Shown in pieces: positions 26,961-36,035 of a stretch of 54,608 nucleotides of DNA. The notes beneath the pieces were generated by a model, which saw only the letters and a list, made by a program, of their open reading frames with translations, had not been told where the DNA came from and searched no databases. Within the stretch, counting starts at the first letter, position 1, and the number at the start of each line of letters is the position of its first letter. Made by a program: the position numbers and the translations under genes. The stretch is from a virus. The stretch lies in IMG/VR virus record IMGVR_UViG_3300012812_000001; one strand, 5' to 3'.

Positions 26961-27287
26961 TCAATGGATATTTTTATTCGGATTGGCAATTGATCCGGCG
27001 GAGGCCAGGAAGTTGCTTCGAGCGTCGGCAGCCTTGAGTTCGCCGATGGTCGCCACCCCAAGCTGATCGAGGACCGCTTTCAATGCGGCGGATCCAGAGG
27101 ATTTCACGATGCTCATAGCAGCCGCCCGCAAGTCGGCATCCGTCACCGGAGTTGCCACGACCTCATTACTTGAGGGATTTCTCTTGATATTTTCCAAGAG
27201 CGTCTCAGCTTCCGCAAGCATGTCCCGCATGCGGGATACGATATCGCGCAGCTCCTGTTCGTTCGTCGTCATTGCCGTGTCGAGCAT
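26961..27287 (-). CDS. Hypothetical protein (first gene of the leftward early operon)
   Basis: 108-aa ORF in the coding-like frame. No motif recognised. Confidence 0.4.
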   Translation of the reverse strand: MLDTAMTTNEQELRDIVSRMRDMLAEAETLLENIKRNPSSNEVVATPVTDADLRAAAMSIVKSSGSAALKAVLDQLGVATIGELKAADARSNFLASAGSIANPNKNIH

Positions 27288-27469
27288 CTCGAATTCCTTC
27301 TTTCTGGCAGTGCTTTCGCTTCACATGAGGGAAACTGTGATGCTCCTGCGAAAAAGCAACCAAATATTTTTGCACCAAAAGAGAATTTTTCTCATTGAAT
27401 TTTCTTCAGCCTGGTCGATATCCCAATCGTGAGGCGGGAGATCCGCAAGAAACACAGGAGAAAATCACG

Positions 27470-27763
27470 ATGACCGACATGATCCAGACGCCTGCTGGGC
27501 AGACCGCCACGGACCAGGAAGCACCCCACCCTCTGCGTGTGGTCTGCTCCGATCTTTTCATGCCTCTAGGTTACACGACGGCCTACTACCGGCTGGATGT
27601 CGCGGCCCTTGCCGAGGATGCGGGCCTGCATAAGCGGTCCATTCTGAACGCTCTGTCCTCGGGCACCATGTCCGCCGCCACCGCCTATCGCCTGACCAAG
27701 GTCTATTTCGACCGGACGGGGCAGGCGCTGGAGTTCCCGCTCCTGGACCGGTTCGTGTCCTGA
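27470..27763 (+). CDS. Small putative DNA-binding protein (Cro-like by position)
   Basis: The ATG at 27470 is preceded by CAGGAG. ...AGLHKRSILNALSSGTMSAATAYRLTKVY... could be an HTH. It is divergent from the leftward operon. Confidence 0.4.
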   Translation: MTDMIQTPAGQTATDQEAPHPLRVVCSDLFMPLGYTTAYYRLDVAALAEDAGLHKRSILNALSSGTMSAATAYRLTKVYFDRTGQALEFPLLDRFVS

Positions 27764-27786
27764 GCGGCAGCCAACAAGAAACGAAC

Positions 27787-30612
27787 GTGAAGCAGAAGAC
27801 AGGGAAGATCGAAATGGAAAATCTGGACATCAGGCTCGAGATCGCGACCGGCACGCACCGCGGCAAGGTCACCAATCATGTGATGACATGGGGGCAGATC
27901 ATCGATCTGTTCTCTAAGGTCGAGCGCAAGGAGATCACGGTCGCGGAATATCAGGCGCTTTCGAAAGACGAGCGCGACGAAGCCAAGCGGGGGCCGTATT
28001 TTACGGGCGGGCACTATCGCGACGGCGTTCGTCACGTGACGCATATCGATGCGCGCAGCATGCTGACGATCGATATGGACGCGATCACCGACCTGGATCT
28101 GGTCGAGACGATCAAGATGGGGATCTTCCCCGACCTCGAGGCCGAAGCCTTCGTTTACTCATCCCGATCCCACACCCCGGAAGCTCCTCGCCTCCGGATC
28201 GTCCTCCCTCTTACCAGGCCCGTCGACCCGGTGGAATTCTCCCATCTCTCCAGGATTGTCGCGGCCCGGATCGACCCCGACCTGACGCAGACGGACAAGC
28301 TCTCCACGAGTATTGCCCAGATCATGTATCTGCCGACCGTCAACAAGGATGGGGAGTTCATTTCGTCTCGTGTTGTTGGTCCGATCATCGACCCGGACGC
28401 CTGGCTGGCTGGGATCGACCTGAACGAGGGTTCGTCTTGCCTCTTCCCAGGTGAGCGCGAGATTGCGAGACGCACCGGTGTCATCCTGGGTGATCCGCGT
28501 GAGAAAAAGGGTATCGTCGGGGCTTTCTGCCGCACCTATCCGATCTCGCGCGCTCTGATCGAGCTGATCCCCGGCGTCTATGAGCCCGTCTCAGCGGATC
28601 GTTATACCTATGTGGCAGGATCCTCGTCGAACGGCGTGCAGGTCTATGATGATCGACTGCTCTACTCCTGGCACGGGACCGACCCGGTCTCCGAGCAGTG
28701 CGTCAACTCGTTCGACCTGGTCCGTATCCACAGGTTCCGCCACCTGGATGCGGATGCTCCTGCCGGAACCGCGATCAACCGCCTGCCGTCGTTTGCCTCG
28801 ATGGTCCGGGAATACGGGGAGGATGCGGAGATCCTGGAAGAATGGAAAGACAAGGGAGCGCCGCGCGTGACGGCGGACGATTTCATGGATGCGAAAATCG
28901 AACAGGTGGCTGAAGTCGAGCCTGCCGGTGAGCTTCTTGATGCCGAACTGGTAACCATGCTGGGTGTGAGCGCAGAGGATTTTTCCGACGCCGCATCCCC
29001 GACTGTCTCGGCCGCGGATTTCGAACTGCCGACGGCCGCCACGGCCGATGATTTCGAGGTGGAGGTCCAAGCCGCGCCTGCCGCCGCGGCGATCGGCTTC
29101 GATCATGACGGGATCGACGAGCTCCTGGCGGTCGATGCGGATGCATCGGCATCCTGGCAGGATCACCTGACCTATACGCACCGGAAGGACTCCAAGGGGG
29201 TCGTGACGGAGAGCATCATTGATGCGACCGAGGGCAACATCAGCATCATCCTGCAGAACGACCCCGTCACGGCCGGTGCTATCGGGTATGACGGGTTCCA
29301 AGGCCGCATGATGCAGACGAAGCCAATCATTTTTCCGCATTATGGCGCCGCCCAGGCTCCTCTTCCACGCGGCGAGGCCCTGGAAGTCACGGACTCCCTG
29401 TCGCGCAGCATCCTGACCTGGATCCAGGCGAGGAAAGAAGATGGGGGATGGGGTCTCAAGCCTGCCAAGGGCGTGACGGATACCGCTATCCAAGCCGCGG
29501 CCGACAAGCTGAAATATGACAGCCTCATCGACCGGATTACTGCAACCGAATGGGATGGTGTCGAGCGTCTGGATACATTCCTGCCCGATTACACCGGCTG
29601 CGAAGACAATATCTATACCAGGGAGGTGAGCCGCCTTTTCCTGCTCGGCATGGTCGTCCGGGCCATGGAGCCTGGCCACCGCTTCGACCATATGCTTGTG
29701 CTCGAAGGCCCCCAGGGCCTGCGGAAGACGACGATGGTCGAACGGATGGGGATGGGCATGTTTTCGACCCTCCGTGAAGGGGACATGAAGTCCACGAAGA
29801 CCATCATCGAGAAAACACTCGGTGTTTGGGTGTGTGAGCTCGGCGAGCTTGCAGCTCTCCAGGGTATTACCGGCGAGCAAATCGCAGCTTTCCTGTCCGA
29901 TACAAAGGACAGGGAGAGAATGGCCTATGCCAGGTTCTCCCAGACCTTCCAGCGCCGCGCTGTTTTCGTCGGGACGACCAATTCGAAACTGCCCTACCTG
30001 ACCAAGCAGACGGGTAACCGCCGCTTTTGGCCGATTGTCGTGAAAAAACTGATCGACACCAATGCTGTTGAGGAAATTATGCCGCAAGTTATTGCTGAGG
30101 CACTGGTCCTTTATCGGGAAATGCGGGAGGCATCACCTGATTTGAGAAAACTCCTGGATCTTAGCATGTCGCCAGAAGCTGAGGAGATTGCGCTCGAGGT
30201 CCAGAAATCCAGGACGAAAGTCGAAGAAGAGGATCTCTCGGCCGGCGTCACCGGGTGGCTTATGCGCGAGGTCGACCCCAACGACACTGACGCAGCCTGG
30301 GCTCCTGGCGCCGTCGGCACTGTCGAGATCGGAGGAAAGATCAGGACAATGCGCAGGCTGTTCCAGACAGGACATGTGTGGAAGGAGGTAATGGGGAACC
30401 AAGGCCTCCCCCCTCAACGGGACGCCACCGCGATCGGCAAAAGTCTCCAGCATATCGACTTCTTGGAGTCCAGCGGAGGCAAGAGGATGAGCTGCAGGGG
30501 GTTTGGTCAAAACACATACAGGATCGTCAACCTGGAGAAGCTTGCCGTCGAGGTCGAGAAGGCAGCTCACGAGCAAAGGATCTCTGTAGACGATCTGCTG
30601 CGCCTCCACTGA
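27787..30612 (+). CDS. Primase-helicase: N-terminal primase-polymerase-like region plus a VirE-family P-loop domain
   Basis: ...VLEGPQGLRKTTMVERMG...WVCELGELAAL...RMAYARFSQTFQRRAVFVGTTNS...TGNRRFWPIVV matches the VirE (virulence-associated E) NTPase pattern. The start is GTG 27787 or ATG 27814. Confidence 0.7.
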   Translation: MKQKTGKIEMENLDIRLEIATGTHRGKVTNHVMTWGQIIDLFSKVERKEITVAEYQALSKDERDEAKRGPYFTGGHYRDGVRHVTHIDARSMLTIDMDAITDLDLVETIKMGIFPDLEAEAFVYSSRSHTPEAPRLRIVLPLTRPVDPVEFSHLSRIVAARIDPDLTQTDKLSTSIAQIMYLPTVNKDGEFISSRVVGPIIDPDAWLAGIDLNEGSSCLFPGEREIARRTGVILGDPREKKGIVGAFCRTYPISRALIELIPGVYEPVSADRYTYVAGSSSNGVQVYDDRLLYSWHGTDPVSEQCVNSFDLVRIHRFRHLDADAPAGTAINRLPSFASMVREYGEDAEILEEWKDKGAPRVTADDFMDAKIEQVAEVEPAGELLDAELVTMLGVSAEDFSDAASPTVSAADFELPTAATADDFEVEVQAAPAAAAIGFDHDGIDELLAVDADASASWQDHLTYTHRKDSKGVVTESIIDATEGNISIILQNDPVTAGAIGYDGFQGRMMQTKPIIFPHYGAAQAPLPRGEALEVTDSLSRSILTWIQARKEDGGWGLKPAKGVTDTAIQAAADKLKYDSLIDRITATEWDGVERLDTFLPDYTGCEDNIYTREVSRLFLLGMVVRAMEPGHRFDHMLVLEGPQGLRKTTMVERMGMGMFSTLREGDMKSTKTIIEKTLGVWVCELGELAALQGITGEQIAAFLSDTKDRERMAYARFSQTFQRRAVFVGTTNSKLPYLTKQTGNRRFWPIVVKKLIDTNAVEEIMPQVIAEALVLYREMREASPDLRKLLDLSMSPEAEEIALEVQKSRTKVEEEDLSAGVTGWLMREVDPNDTDAAWAPGAVGTVEIGGKIRTMRRLFQTGHVWKEVMGNQGLPPQRDATAIGKSLQHIDFLESSGGKRMSCRGFGQNTYRIVNLEKLAVEVEKAAHEQRISVDDLLRLH

Positions 30613-30635
30613 TATTCTCTTTTCATGCAGTATTT

Positions 30636-30659
30636 CATGCGGCGCCTGTGCGCCGCATG
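30636..30659 (+). terminator. Rho-independent terminator after the primase-helicase gene
   Basis: CATGCGGCGC-CTGT-GCGCCGCATG forms a perfect 10-bp stem and is followed by TCCATTTTC. Confidence 0.7.
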
Positions 30660-30710
30660 TCCATTTTCAGTCCCGAAAAATCCGAGCACCACGTGTCTAT
30701 AAGGAAACCC

Positions 30711-30751
30711 CAAAAAATTTGGAGCATCCGGGGGCTCGGCGTCGCCCCCGG
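30711..30751 (-). terminator. Terminator-like hairpin after the 74-aa minus-strand gene
   Basis: CCGGGGGC-N8-GCCCCCGG stem. On the minus strand it is followed, after 7 nt, by AAATTTTTTG. Confidence 0.45.
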
Positions 30752-30792
30752 TAAACCGGATCGGGGAGGGGGCCCATCAGACCCAGGGTGGC

Positions 30793-31017
30793 TCAGTCGC
30801 GCATCTTGTGACCAGCTTCCTCGGCGAGGCGCAGGATCTCCAGGAAGCCAGCGACCTCCTCCTCGACCTGGTGTGACGGGGGCTTCGGCGGCTCAAGGCC
30901 GCGGATAGCCAGTGCATTGAGCAGCTGGCCGGTGCTGTCGACATCCAGGGCCTTCATGGCTGTCTGCTGGTCGATGCGACCAGCGGCATAGCCTGCGCAG
31001 ATGTCGTCCTGGGTCAT
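30793..31017 (-). CDS. Small UPF0175-like (antitoxin-like) protein
   Basis: 74 aa. ...ICAGYAAGRIDQQTAMKALDVDSTGQLLNALAIRGL... resembles UPF0175 family proteins. No toxin partner is adjacent. Confidence 0.35.
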   Translation of the reverse strand: MTQDDICAGYAAGRIDQQTAMKALDVDSTGQLLNALAIRGLEPPKPPSHQVEEEVAGFLEILRLAEEAGHKMRD

Positions 31018-31093
31018 GGCTATCTCATTGAGATGATGGTCATACTAGCATACCGAAGTTGGTGGCAGTCGAGAATGCAGGGGATGTCGAGGA

Positions 31094-32077
31094 ATGCAGT
31101 TTTTAATCAGTTCGGACCTCGAAGCCGGAAGCAGTCCACAGATCAAGCGGATCTTGTCTGGGAAGGACGTCCGGATCGCTTCGGCATTTCTCGGCAGCGG
31201 CGCGGAAGACGTTGTCCAGGCCGGGTCCAGGCTGATCTGCGATATCGGCATGGGTGGCACGAACCCCCACGCATTGAAGGCGCTTTCCGAGAAGCTCGGC
31301 GAAAACCTGAGATGGCTGCCCGACTTCCATGCGAAGGTATACCTTTCGGACGAGGGCTGCGTCGTCGGCTCGGCCAATCTTTCGAGCCGCGGAGTGGGCT
31401 TCCTTTCGCCCGCCAGGCTGATCGAAGCTTCAGTCCTCATGGACAGCAATGAGGAGGCGGCCCGGTCAGCAGCCGATTGGTATGAAGTCGCGTGGAATGA
31501 GTCTTCCATCGTCGGCCCCAGGGAAATCGCCTGGGCCCTTGCTACCTGGAACTCCGACAAGCGCGGTGCCCCGGTCGGGAAGCGGAAATACGGATCCTTC
31601 CTCGAGGCGCTCGAGGATCAAACGGGCGTCGCGCGCGAATGGAAGTATATCCTCACCAGGGAGCAGTTGAGCCCTGGCTTCGCAAAGGCAGCCGCCGAAA
31701 AGGAGAGCGAGATCATCCGCGCGGCAGGATGGCAGCCTGAAGGCAAGATCGACGTCTATGCCAATCTGAAGGGGGCCGACGACATGGGCGGTTACTATAT
31801 CGGCCTCCATCGCGGGGGCGGCGGCCGGCTGCACCTGCTCGCGCTGCGTTTCATCGGAAAGATGGACCTGGAGGATATCGATGATGAGGATGGCTCTGGC
31901 ACCGCATACTATTTCGCCATTCTTCCCTGGTCCGTGACCGGAATGCCGAGGCTTGAGGATGCAGATCTGAAGGCAAAAAGCGACCTCAGCTCCGCCATCC
32001 GTGACGCCAAAAGGAAGAGATTTGGTCGCGCGATCGATGCTGGGAAGTTTGCCGGGGTGCTCAGGGCGGGAAAATAA
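31094..32077 (+). CDS. Phospholipase D-family (single HKD) nuclease-like protein with an unknown ~190-aa C-terminal region
   Basis: HAKVYLSDEGCVVGSANLS is a complete HxK(x)4D(x)6GSxN motif. Confidence 0.75.
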   Translation: MQFLISSDLEAGSSPQIKRILSGKDVRIASAFLGSGAEDVVQAGSRLICDIGMGGTNPHALKALSEKLGENLRWLPDFHAKVYLSDEGCVVGSANLSSRGVGFLSPARLIEASVLMDSNEEAARSAADWYEVAWNESSIVGPREIAWALATWNSDKRGAPVGKRKYGSFLEALEDQTGVAREWKYILTREQLSPGFAKAAAEKESEIIRAAGWQPEGKIDVYANLKGADDMGGYYIGLHRGGGGRLHLLALRFIGKMDLEDIDDEDGSGTAYYFAILPWSVTGMPRLEDADLKAKSDLSSAIRDAKRKRFGRAIDAGKFAGVLRAGK

Positions 32078-32216
32078 TTTCTATTTAAGTGAATTATTTT
32101 TGCTGGCTTGTGTAGATTTTTTCCTGCGTGGGCGTATATCCTCATCAGGACGAGGCGAGCAGCGCCCGGCCGGTGAAGCAAAAGGCCAAGAGGGCCGCCC
32201 TGGAAGGAAGATCAAA

Positions 32217-32519
32217 ATGGCACAAATGACAGCAACAGCTCTGATCGCAGCTCTGGAAGCCCGCGCGGCGCTGGTCACGGAATGGGATTTCAAAGTCTCG
32301 TCGGACCTGGACGAGGACGGGGATGGCAGAGTCCAGTTGTCAGTCTACTACGACGAAGATCGCGAAGGCGGCGTCGAGGGCTACCCCGTCCAGGACGAGC
32401 CGTTGAACGCGTTCGGCCCCTTGGCACGCGAGTTCTACGACAGCGGCATGATCAACGACGATCATGGGACGGTGTGCCAATGGATCGACTGGCGCATCGA
32501 AAGCGGTCAGGTCGCCTGA
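32217..32519 (+). CDS. Hypothetical acidic 100-aa protein
   Basis: The internal ATG at 32217 is preceded by GGAAGGAAG. Very Asp/Glu-rich (...SSDLDEDGDGRVQLSVYYDEDREGGVEGYPVQDEP...). Confidence 0.45.
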   Translation: MAQMTATALIAALEARAALVTEWDFKVSSDLDEDGDGRVQLSVYYDEDREGGVEGYPVQDEPLNAFGPLAREFYDSGMINDDHGTVCQWIDWRIESGQVA

Positions 32520-32586
32520 CCTGACCGGGATGAGGCTGCGGAGAAACCCGGCTTTTCCCGATCATCTCGTAAAGCCCCTCAGGGCT

Positions 32587-32892
32587 TCACCGGCTGATCG
32601 CTCTTTCGATGATCGTCGCGATCCTCGACAGCTCCGCCACCCTCCGGCCAGGATCCTCGATCCCGGCGCCGCGCCACCATGCCGTCCGCAGCATGTCCCG
32701 CTTCGGATGGCTTTCTGTCGCCAGAATAAGGGCCTCCTGGACATCATGGGATCGTCTCGGATCATCATCAGCAGCCCCTGCAGCCGCCGCCAGGATCGTC
32801 TGGATGGCGGCTTGAAGGCGCTCGCGGCCCGCGATCTCCTCGGACCAAGCGCCGCCGAATGCGACATTCCCGAGCTGTCCCTTTCTGTCCAT
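32587..32892 (-). CDS. Hypothetical 101-aa protein divergent from the Y-family polymerase gene
   Basis: Hand-read codons from ATG 32892 are mostly G/C-ending, as in the real genes here. The overlapping plus-frame stretch looks like junk. No motif recognised. Confidence 0.35.
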   Translation of the reverse strand: MDRKGQLGNVAFGGAWSEEIAGRERLQAAIQTILAAAAGAADDDPRRSHDVQEALILATESHPKRDMLRTAWWRGAGIEDPGRRVAELSRIATIIERAISR

Positions 32893-32912
32893 TTTGCCCT
32901 CTTGCAATGCGA

Positions 32913-32927
32913 GAACAAACATAGAAC
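32913..32927. promoter_or_regulatory. Alphaproteobacterial-type LexA (SOS) box GAAC-N7-GAAC
   Basis: GAACAAACATAGAAC read directly, 38 nt upstream of the polymerase ATG. Confidence 0.65.
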
Positions 32928-32964
32928 ATCGGTGGTCCTGAGACCATCCACAAGATTCAGCCCC

Positions 32965-34167
32965 ATGGACCTCCTGCGCGTCCTTTATATCGACATGAAC
33001 AGCTTCTTCGCGTCCGTCGAGCAGCAGCTCGATCCGCGGCTTCGCGGCCGTCCGGTCGCGATCACGGCCGTGGATGGTGGTCATGGTGCATGCGTGGCGG
33101 CGAGCTATGAGGCCAAGGCGCATGGGGTCCGGACCGGCACCCTGGTCAGGGACGCGAAGCGGCTCTGCCCAGAGATCGTCTTTCTCCCCAGCAGGCATCG
33201 ACTCTATGTGCGCTACAATCTCGCTGTCGCGGATGTCCTGGATCGATTTGCGGAACTCACCAACATCAGGTCGGTCGACGAGTTTCAGATCGCCCTCTCG
33301 GGGGAGGCCATGCATCCCGATGGGCTTGCCCCGTTCGTAGCCAGGATGAAGGCTGCAGTAGCCGACGAGGTCGGCCCGTGCCTGCGCTTCTCCGCCGGGG
33401 CTGGACCCAATCATCTTCTCGCCAAGATTGCCGGGAAATTGCAGAAGCCGGACGGGTTTCGCTGGCTATGGGGCGACAACATGCCCGGAGCGATATCGCA
33501 CCTGGCCCTGGACGACCTGCCAGGGATCTCTCGAGCCATGAAAGAGCGTCTGTTCAGGGCAGGGGTCTACGATGTCGAGCGGCTTTATGGGCTCGATCCT
33601 CGTCATGCCCGCCAGATCTGGAGATCTGTCGAGGGCGAACGGTTCGTGCGGATGCTCCAAGGCATGGACATCCCCCTAGTCGAGACGGTCCGGGGCGGAT
33701 TTGGGCAAAGCAAAGTCCTGGGGCCGGAGTTCCGGAGACCCCGGGAGGCCTACCTGGTCAGCCGATGGCTGATCGAGAAGGCGACGATGAGGCTTCGTCG
33801 GGAGGGCAGAGTGGCTGGGGCGTTTTCTGTGACCATCTCGCTCCTCGAGGGTGCCCCCTGGGCACGATCAGTGACCTGCGCGCCTGCCCAGGACACCCCC
33901 AGCTTCCTGCGGCTGAATCGTGCCCTTTGGCGCCAGGCTTGGCTACACATCCGCTACCACAAGATCATCTCGATTGGGGTGCACCTGGGCAAGGTGGACC
34001 TCCTCGATGCCCGGCCCGGAGACTTTCTACTCGGAATCGAGCCTGGGCGGCCTACCGCCGCCGAGAAGCTTGCCTCAGCCCTGGACCACCTGAACGCCCG
34101 CTTCGGCATGGGCACGATCCGATACGGCTTGAACCGGCCGCATGAGGGCTTCTTCGAGAAGGGCTGA
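32965..34167 (+). CDS. Y-family DNA polymerase (DinB/UmuC/ImuB-like)
   Basis: From the internal ATG at 32965: MDLLRVLYIDMNSFFASVEQQLDPRLRGRPVAI...SVDEFQIAL... is the canonical Y-family N-terminus. The upstream 167 codons of the track ORF look non-coding. Confidence 0.85.
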   Translation: MDLLRVLYIDMNSFFASVEQQLDPRLRGRPVAITAVDGGHGACVAASYEAKAHGVRTGTLVRDAKRLCPEIVFLPSRHRLYVRYNLAVADVLDRFAELTNIRSVDEFQIALSGEAMHPDGLAPFVARMKAAVADEVGPCLRFSAGAGPNHLLAKIAGKLQKPDGFRWLWGDNMPGAISHLALDDLPGISRAMKERLFRAGVYDVERLYGLDPRHARQIWRSVEGERFVRMLQGMDIPLVETVRGGFGQSKVLGPEFRRPREAYLVSRWLIEKATMRLRREGRVAGAFSVTISLLEGAPWARSVTCAPAQDTPSFLRLNRALWRQAWLHIRYHKIISIGVHLGKVDLLDARPGDFLLGIEPGRPTAAEKLASALDHLNARFGMGTIRYGLNRPHEGFFEKG

Positions 34168-34200
34168 ACCCGAAAATGTCAGCCGGTTCCTGGTGTCAGG

Positions 34201-35091
34201 CTAATGCGCCGATATTTGCCAGCCATGAGCTGCGCATATCGACTCTTCCTGCTGGGTGACCTTGTGGGAAATGAAATCACTCGGACCGCAAAAAGGCAGG
34301 CCAAGGGCGTGGATCAATGCCGCATCATATGTGCCACTGAGCAACAGGATCCCTTCCGCCGCGAGCCGGTTTCGACTTCCGCGCGGACCATCAGCCCTTA
34401 TCCGCCTCATGTAATCCTTTTGAGCCGCGGCCTCCTCGACGATCCGGCGGGAAATGACGCGATCGGTGACGCCCCTGAAAAGCTCGACAAGCTTGTCGTT
34501 ACCGGTCCTGGCCGCGAAAATGGAATCCACCAGGTTCGAGGAGATGGTGCGCCAGAAATTCTGTTCGACAGGGTGGTCACGCAAGAGCCAGAGGATCTGG
34601 GTCGATCCGAATGCCGACACGCTCCTCTTCCCGTCCCTGTTGGCCCCGCCCGTCAGGTTCGCCATATCGGCATAGAAAATTCCCAGGAAACAGCGAGAAT
34701 GCTGTTCATCGAGCGCCGCGAGAAGGCAGGCATGACCAACGGCTTCCTGGGGGATCATCCAGCTACCGGTGATCGTGAACTTCATGTCCACGTCCTCGCC
34801 GCCGATGATGAAGTCCAGTCGACCCTTCGGGACCTGCATCTTCGCCCGCATGAGAATTTCGACGCGCGTGCCGAGATAGGTCTTCTCGGTTTTCTCGAGC
34901 TGGCCGTATGACCGGCGGCGGGTATTCACGGTGTCGATGACATCATCGACAACCTTGCGAAGCATCCCGGGAAACCAGGTCGCCGCCTCCGCCCGCCCGC
35001 CCAGGTGCCGTTCGACCTCTTGCCCAAGCCTTGTCAGATCACCGTAGCGCGGATGACCAGGAACGATCAGGCTGGGCGCGGGTGACCTCAT
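34201..35091 (-). CDS. Type II restriction endonuclease, NaeI family
   Basis: ...EKTEKTYLGTRVEILMR...GGEDVDMKFT...WMIPQEAVGHACLL...LTGGANRDGKRS...ELFRGVTDRVISRRIVEEAAAQKDYMRRIR...AAEGILLL...LGLP... tracks the NaeI sequence as I recall it. It lies downstream of a C5-methyltransferase gene with a 4-nt overlap. Confidence 0.75.
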   Translation of the reverse strand: MRSPAPSLIVPGHPRYGDLTRLGQEVERHLGGRAEAATWFPGMLRKVVDDVIDTVNTRRRSYGQLEKTEKTYLGTRVEILMRAKMQVPKGRLDFIIGGEDVDMKFTITGSWMIPQEAVGHACLLAALDEQHSRCFLGIFYADMANLTGGANRDGKRSVSAFGSTQILWLLRDHPVEQNFWRTISSNLVDSIFAARTGNDKLVELFRGVTDRVISRRIVEEAAAQKDYMRRIRADGPRGSRNRLAAEGILLLSGTYDAALIHALGLPFCGPSDFISHKVTQQEESICAAHGWQISAH

Positions 35092-36035
35092 GCCGCGGCA
35101 TAGATCCGCTTCGATCTGATTGCGACAGCAATCTGTCGGCCCACCGCCTCCGCGACCGGCGGCGGGAAGGCATTACCCACCTGCCGGTATGCATGAGTTT
35201 TCCGGCCGTGGAATTGCCAGTCGTCAGGGAAACCCTGCAGGCGGGCCACCATCCGGATGGTAAGCCTGGGCATCCCGACGAAGTCCTTCTCGGGCGCCTC
35301 TTCGGCCAGCGTCTTGCCATTGACGCCCAGGGTCGCCCAAGCCGCCCGTGCGCGGGTGGGGCCAAGATCGGGGCCGCCGTGCTTCTTTGAGCCGCCGACA
35401 ATCGTCGGAGCGATTTCGTCGGCCCGCTCGGCCCAGGCACGGGCGCCCGGCCAACCCTTCGCGGCCATGAGGTCACCGAGGACCTTGCCGACGGTCGGGG
35501 GGTTGTGATGCCGTTCCTCGGGCCACTCAAACTTGTCTGCGATGTCTTTTTTGACGGCCACGATGACCACGCGGGGGCGGAGCTGCGGGACGCCGAAGTG
35601 AGAGGCGTTCAGAAGACGCCAATCAGCCACGTATCCGAGCTTGATCAGCTTCTTCTTCAGGGATTGCCGGTAGTCGACGAAGACCGCATCAAGGAAACCG
35701 CGCACGTTCTCGAGCATGACCGCCTGGGGGCGGATCTCATCGACCAGGCGCAGAGCTTCAGGGAACAGGTCGCGCTCGTCGTCCTTGCCGAGCTGCTTGC
35801 CTGCCACGGAGAACGGCGGGCACGGGACGCCGCCTGCAAGGAGCTCCACACCGGCGAAGGGCTTGCCGTCAAAGGTGCGCAGATCCCCCTCGCGGACGTC
35901 CCAGGTCGGGCGGTTGAGGCGTAGCGTCTGGCAGGCATGTGTGTCGATTTCGACGAGGGCGTCGTGGTCGAAGCCCGCCCGTTCAAGACCGAGGGCTTGG
36001 CCTCCTGCACCTGCGCAAAGCTCTACTGATCGCAT
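35088..36035 (-). CDS. DNA (cytosine-5) methyltransferase
   Basis: Motif I ELCAGAGG, motif IV GGVPCPPFS, and motif VI MLENVRGF. Confidence 0.9.
   Translation of the reverse strand: MRSVELCAGAGGQALGLERAGFDHDALVEIDTHACQTLRLNRPTWDVREGDLRTFDGKPFAGVELLAGGVPCPPFSVAGKQLGKDDERDLFPEALRLVDEIRPQAVMLENVRGFLDAVFVDYRQSLKKKLIKLGYVADWRLLNASHFGVPQLRPRVVIVAVKKDIADKFEWPEERHHNPPTVGKVLGDLMAAKGWPGARAWAERADEIAPTIVGGSKKHGGPDLGPTRARAAWATLGVNGKTLAEEAPEKDFVGMPRLTIRMVARLQGFPDDWQFHGRKTHAYRQVGNAFPPPVAEAVGRQIAVAIRSKRIYAAA

Noticed and set aside
27262-27280. GTTC-N7-GTCA near the leftward early operon start as a second SOS box
   Set aside because: The second half-site is imperfect (GTCA) and it lies inside the coding sequence of 26961-27287. 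It is not convincing without a scoring matrix.
28591-30087. 498-aa minus-strand ORF
   Set aside because: It is antisense to the VirE-type primase-helicase, which has clear motifs. The antisense translation is Arg/Gly/His-rich junk.
32464-32964. The N-terminal 167 codons of the 567-aa track ORF for the Y-family polymerase
   Set aside because: The canonical polymerase N-terminus (MDLLRVLYIDMNSFFASVEQ) starts at 32965. The upstream part is Arg/Pro-rich, contains the SOS box, and overlaps a better minus-strand ORF.
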